Assembly (NCBI GenBank): GCA_048940925.1 | Contig: JBHLOC010000002.1 | Span: 200,843 to 264,842 of the forward strand | Origin: Promethearchaeota archaeon | GTDB lineage: Archaea; Asgardarchaeota; Lokiarchaeia; Sigyniarchaeales; SOKP01 | Reading direction: 5' to 3' | Length of the DNA: 64,000 nt | Shown: positions 61,434-64,000 of the stretch, in pieces | Numbering within the stretch: position 1 is the stretch's first letter | How the letters are laid out: each line of letters starts with the position of its first letter | Notes under the pieces: model-generated | What the model was told of the DNA's origin: nothing | The model's input: only the letters and a program-made list of their open reading frames with translations | The model's database searches: none | Made by a program: the position numbers and the translations under genes

Positions 61434-61993
61434 AATTTATCACTTTTTGATTATAAGGATTTTGAAGAGTTTATAATCAATCAATTTTCATTAATTAGGA
61501 TAAAATTTGTTTATCTATTATATTATTTTCTATGAGATATCCTATTTATTCAAATATTATGATTTAAATATGATTTCTCTACATGAATTATGATTCTATA
61601 TTACTCAAGAATTTAAAATTTTTGCCGAAGTGAGTATTGAGACTGTGGTATACTCCAATAACATAACAACTTTATCTATTAATTCTTTACGGAATTTAGA
61701 TCTTATAGATTTCACAAAAATCAATACATCTATTATTATTATTACCAAATATATTATAAAATAATTAGATTGGTACCATATAAGGGTAAAGAATTTGTTC
61801 AAACTATTCTTCATTGTTTTTCCTTTTTATCTTAATTTTTTGTTTTTTCATACTTTGAAAAATTAAAAACATCGTATATTGGGGTAATAAAAGCTGATTA
61901 TTCCAATTTTAAAATTTTCTACTTCAAGTTATTAATCTTATTTGATCAATGCTATGGATTTCGTTGTTTTAAATATAAAAAAAATAAGACTAG

Positions 61994-64000
61994 TTATTTA
62001 ATTTGATTTTTTAATTTTTTTTCATCTCTTCTATTCAACCATTTTATCGTTGCAACCTTTAAGAAGTTATTACCAACAAAGGCACAAAAACCAAATAACC
62101 AAATAAAACCTGCTAATACCCAACCAATCGGCGACATAAAAATTCCTACTGCGGCAAAAATTGTTGCTACTACTTGAGTTGATTCACATGCAATAAGAAG
62201 AATTTTTGATGGAAAAGGACGTTTCCAGAAGTTATCCTCTTCTGTTCTAGTAAGATATATTGTCATATGCCCTGCTACTGTTAATTTTAAAAAGATAAAA
62301 GTCTGAAGTGTAGCTATATCCAGTTGAAAAATAAGTTTTCCGATTAAAAATATTAGAAAGCTAAAAACTACTCCTGCTAAACCTAAAGCAGAGGCAATAA
62401 TTAGAACCCTCTGCATTCTCCATCTATCGGGTTTTGAAGCGATTCTTGTATTGTCAAATGCAATAGTCATTATAGGTATATCATTTAAAAGAGCTAAAAT
62501 TACAATCATTACAGCTGTGATTGGATAAAAATTGAAAATTAATATTGCCAACACTAAAAATATTAAAATTCTAATGGTTTCTGCGATACGATAAATTGCA
62601 TAACTTTTCATACGTTCAAAAATTATCCGACTTTCTTTTGTTGCGCTTATTATAACCGATAAGCCTGGTTCTGTAAGGACAATATCGGCAGCCGATTTAG
62701 CTGCATCTGTTGCATTGGAAACAGCAATACCTACATCAGCTTTTTTTAAAGCAGGTGCATCATTAACCCCATCTCCTGTCATTCCAATTATATGATTTTT
62801 ACTCTGAAGTAATTCGACAATATGATATTTATGTTCTGGATATACTTCAGAAAAACCATCAGCGGTCTCTACTAATGCAATCGTCTCCTTATCATCTTTT
62901 CCAAGTATAGATGTAGATGAAATGATATTAGTACCCATACCCAAATTATGTGCAATTTCTTTAGCTATAGCTTGATGATCTCCCGTAACCATCTTAACAT
63001 TTACACCTAAATTCATTGCTGTTTTAATTGTATCTGCTGAATCTTCACGTGGAGGGTCCATAAGACCAACAATACCAATAAATTGCCATTGCCCATTATC
63101 ATCTGTTTTGGCAACACCAAGAGCTCTGTAACCTAGTGCTGCAAGTGAGTTTCCTAATTCCTCAACTCTATCTTTTACTTTTTCTTTATTAGTAGATAAG
63201 GAAAGAATAACTTGTATAGCACCTTTAGAAGCTTTGAATCGAACATTGTTTTTATTTATTAATTCTGATTCTGTGCATTTAGTCACAGGATCAAATGGTT
63301 TAAAAGATACCAAAGAACAATTTAAAACTTGATCATTAACTTCTTGTATTTGCTTTGCTTTACTAATAAACGCATCATCAATAGGATCTTTATTTTCTTC
63401 CCTTGAGGCTAAAACACCATATAAAAGAACTTCATTTTCGGAATAGTTTTCTAAAGGTTCAATTCTAGCAATTGAAATTTCGTTCTTTGTTATTGTTCCA
63501 GTTTTATCCGAACAAAGAATATCCATTCCAGCTAATTCTTCAATTGATAATAATCTTTTTGTGATTGCTTTCTTCTTAGCAAGATCAACAGCTCCAATGG
63601 CCATGGAAACCATTAATACAGCAGGTAACGCTACTGGAATCGCAGCAACAATCAAAACCAATGCAAATTGAAGGATCAACAAAAAAAATTCCTTGCGTAA
63701 AATACCTACTATAAGGACAATTAAAACTAAAGAGACAGCTAAAATAATCAAATAATTTCCAATAGATACGATAGCTTGTTGAAAATGACTTCTAGTTTTA
63801 GCTTCTTCCACCAATTTTGTAGTCTTTCCAAAAAATGTGTTTATTCCTGTCCCTACTACAAGACCATTCATTTCTCCTCGTCGAACTATAGCTCCTTCAT
63901 AAGCTAAATCTGAAAGTTGTTTATCTACGGGTAAAGATTCTCCTGTTAATACAGATTCATCTACCTGTAAATAATTTCCATTTATAAGTTTAATATCAGC
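61994..64000 (-). CDS. P-type ATPase type IIIA (plasma-membrane H+-ATPase), 5' end beyond window
   Basis: TGESLPV, IPVALP, CSDKTGT, PFDPV, DPPR, TGDGVNDAPALK, LLNDIPIMTIAFDN. Confidence 0.92.
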   Translation of the reverse strand, partial: ADIKLINGNYLQVDESVLTGESLPVDKQLSDLAYEGAIVRRGEMNGLVVGTGINTFFGKTTKLVEEAKTRSHFQQAIVSIGNYLIILAVSLVLIVLIVGILRKEFFLLILQFALVLIVAAIPVALPAVLMVSMAIGAVDLAKKKAITKRLLSIEELAGMDILCSDKTGTITKNEISIARIEPLENYSENEVLLYGVLASREENKDPIDDAFISKAKQIQEVNDQVLNCSLVSFKPFDPVTKCTESELINKNNVRFKASKGAIQVILSLSTNKEKVKDRVEELGNSLAALGYRALGVAKTDDNGQWQFIGIVGLMDPPREDSADTIKTAMNLGVNVKMVTGDHQAIAKEIAHNLGMGTNIISSTSILGKDDKETIALVETADGFSEVYPEHKYHIVELLQSKNHIIGMTGDGVNDAPALKKADVGIAVSNATDAAKSAADIVLTEPGLSVIISATKESRIIFERMKSYAIYRIAETIRILIFLVLAILIFNFYPITAVMIVILALLNDIPIMTIAFDNTRIASKPDRWRMQRVLIIASALGLAGVVFSFLIFLIGKLIFQLDIATLQTFIFLKLTVAGHMTIYLTRTEEDNFWKRPFPSKILLIACESTQVVATIFAAVGIFMSPIGWVLAGFIWLFGFCAFVGNNFLKVATIKWLNRRDEKKLKNQIK

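Noticed and set aside
61605-61814. 69-aa hydrophobic ORF
   Set aside because: Low-complexity AT-rich frame with no supporting signals
1-64000. CRISPR arrays, tRNA/rRNA genes, IS elements, UGA=Trp genetic code
   Set aside because: No repeat-spacer arrays, cloverleafs or transposases seen; TGA terminates several intact genes and Trp is TGG elsewhere

Overview
AT-rich, gene-dense chromosomal window with no rRNA, tRNA, CRISPR array or recognisable transposase. It most likely comes from an Asgard archaeon of the Lokiarchaeota/Promethearchaeota type. This is inferred from IPGY/IPSY+TM+basic C-terminal sorting tails, GGTGA Shine-Dalgarno sites, an LRR-HEAT protein, a ubiquitin-like protein, beta-helix/Ig surface proteins and many acyl-CoA enzymes. 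Contents: a trehalose/maltose ABC transporter with a fused MalF-MalG permease plus treT; an uncharacterised three-gene operon (membrane-anchored GNAT, SelO/kinase-like protein, wHTH/coiled-coil protein); a catalytically degenerate fwdABD-like cluster; CoA-transferase, 2-hydroxyacyl-CoA dehydratase, acyl-CoA dehydrogenase and FAD-oxidase/HdrD-like genes; three radical SAM enzymes; several pseudogenes; and a type IIIA P-type H+-ATPase cut by the window end. Most notable unannotated signals: (1) a small membrane ORF (22185-22421, minus) with an in-frame UGA and a kink-turn/SECIS-like hairpin just downstream, a candidate new selenoprotein; (2) a ~350-nt structured minus-strand non-coding region (33550-33900) that looks like two related RNAs; (3) the GNAT/SelO-like operon; (4) several genes that appear to start at near-cognate codons (CTG, ATA, ATT/ATC, ACG); (5) a MaoC gene with an internal UGA and a second K-turn-like 3' hairpin. 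All family assignments come from motif recognition by eye; no searches were run.
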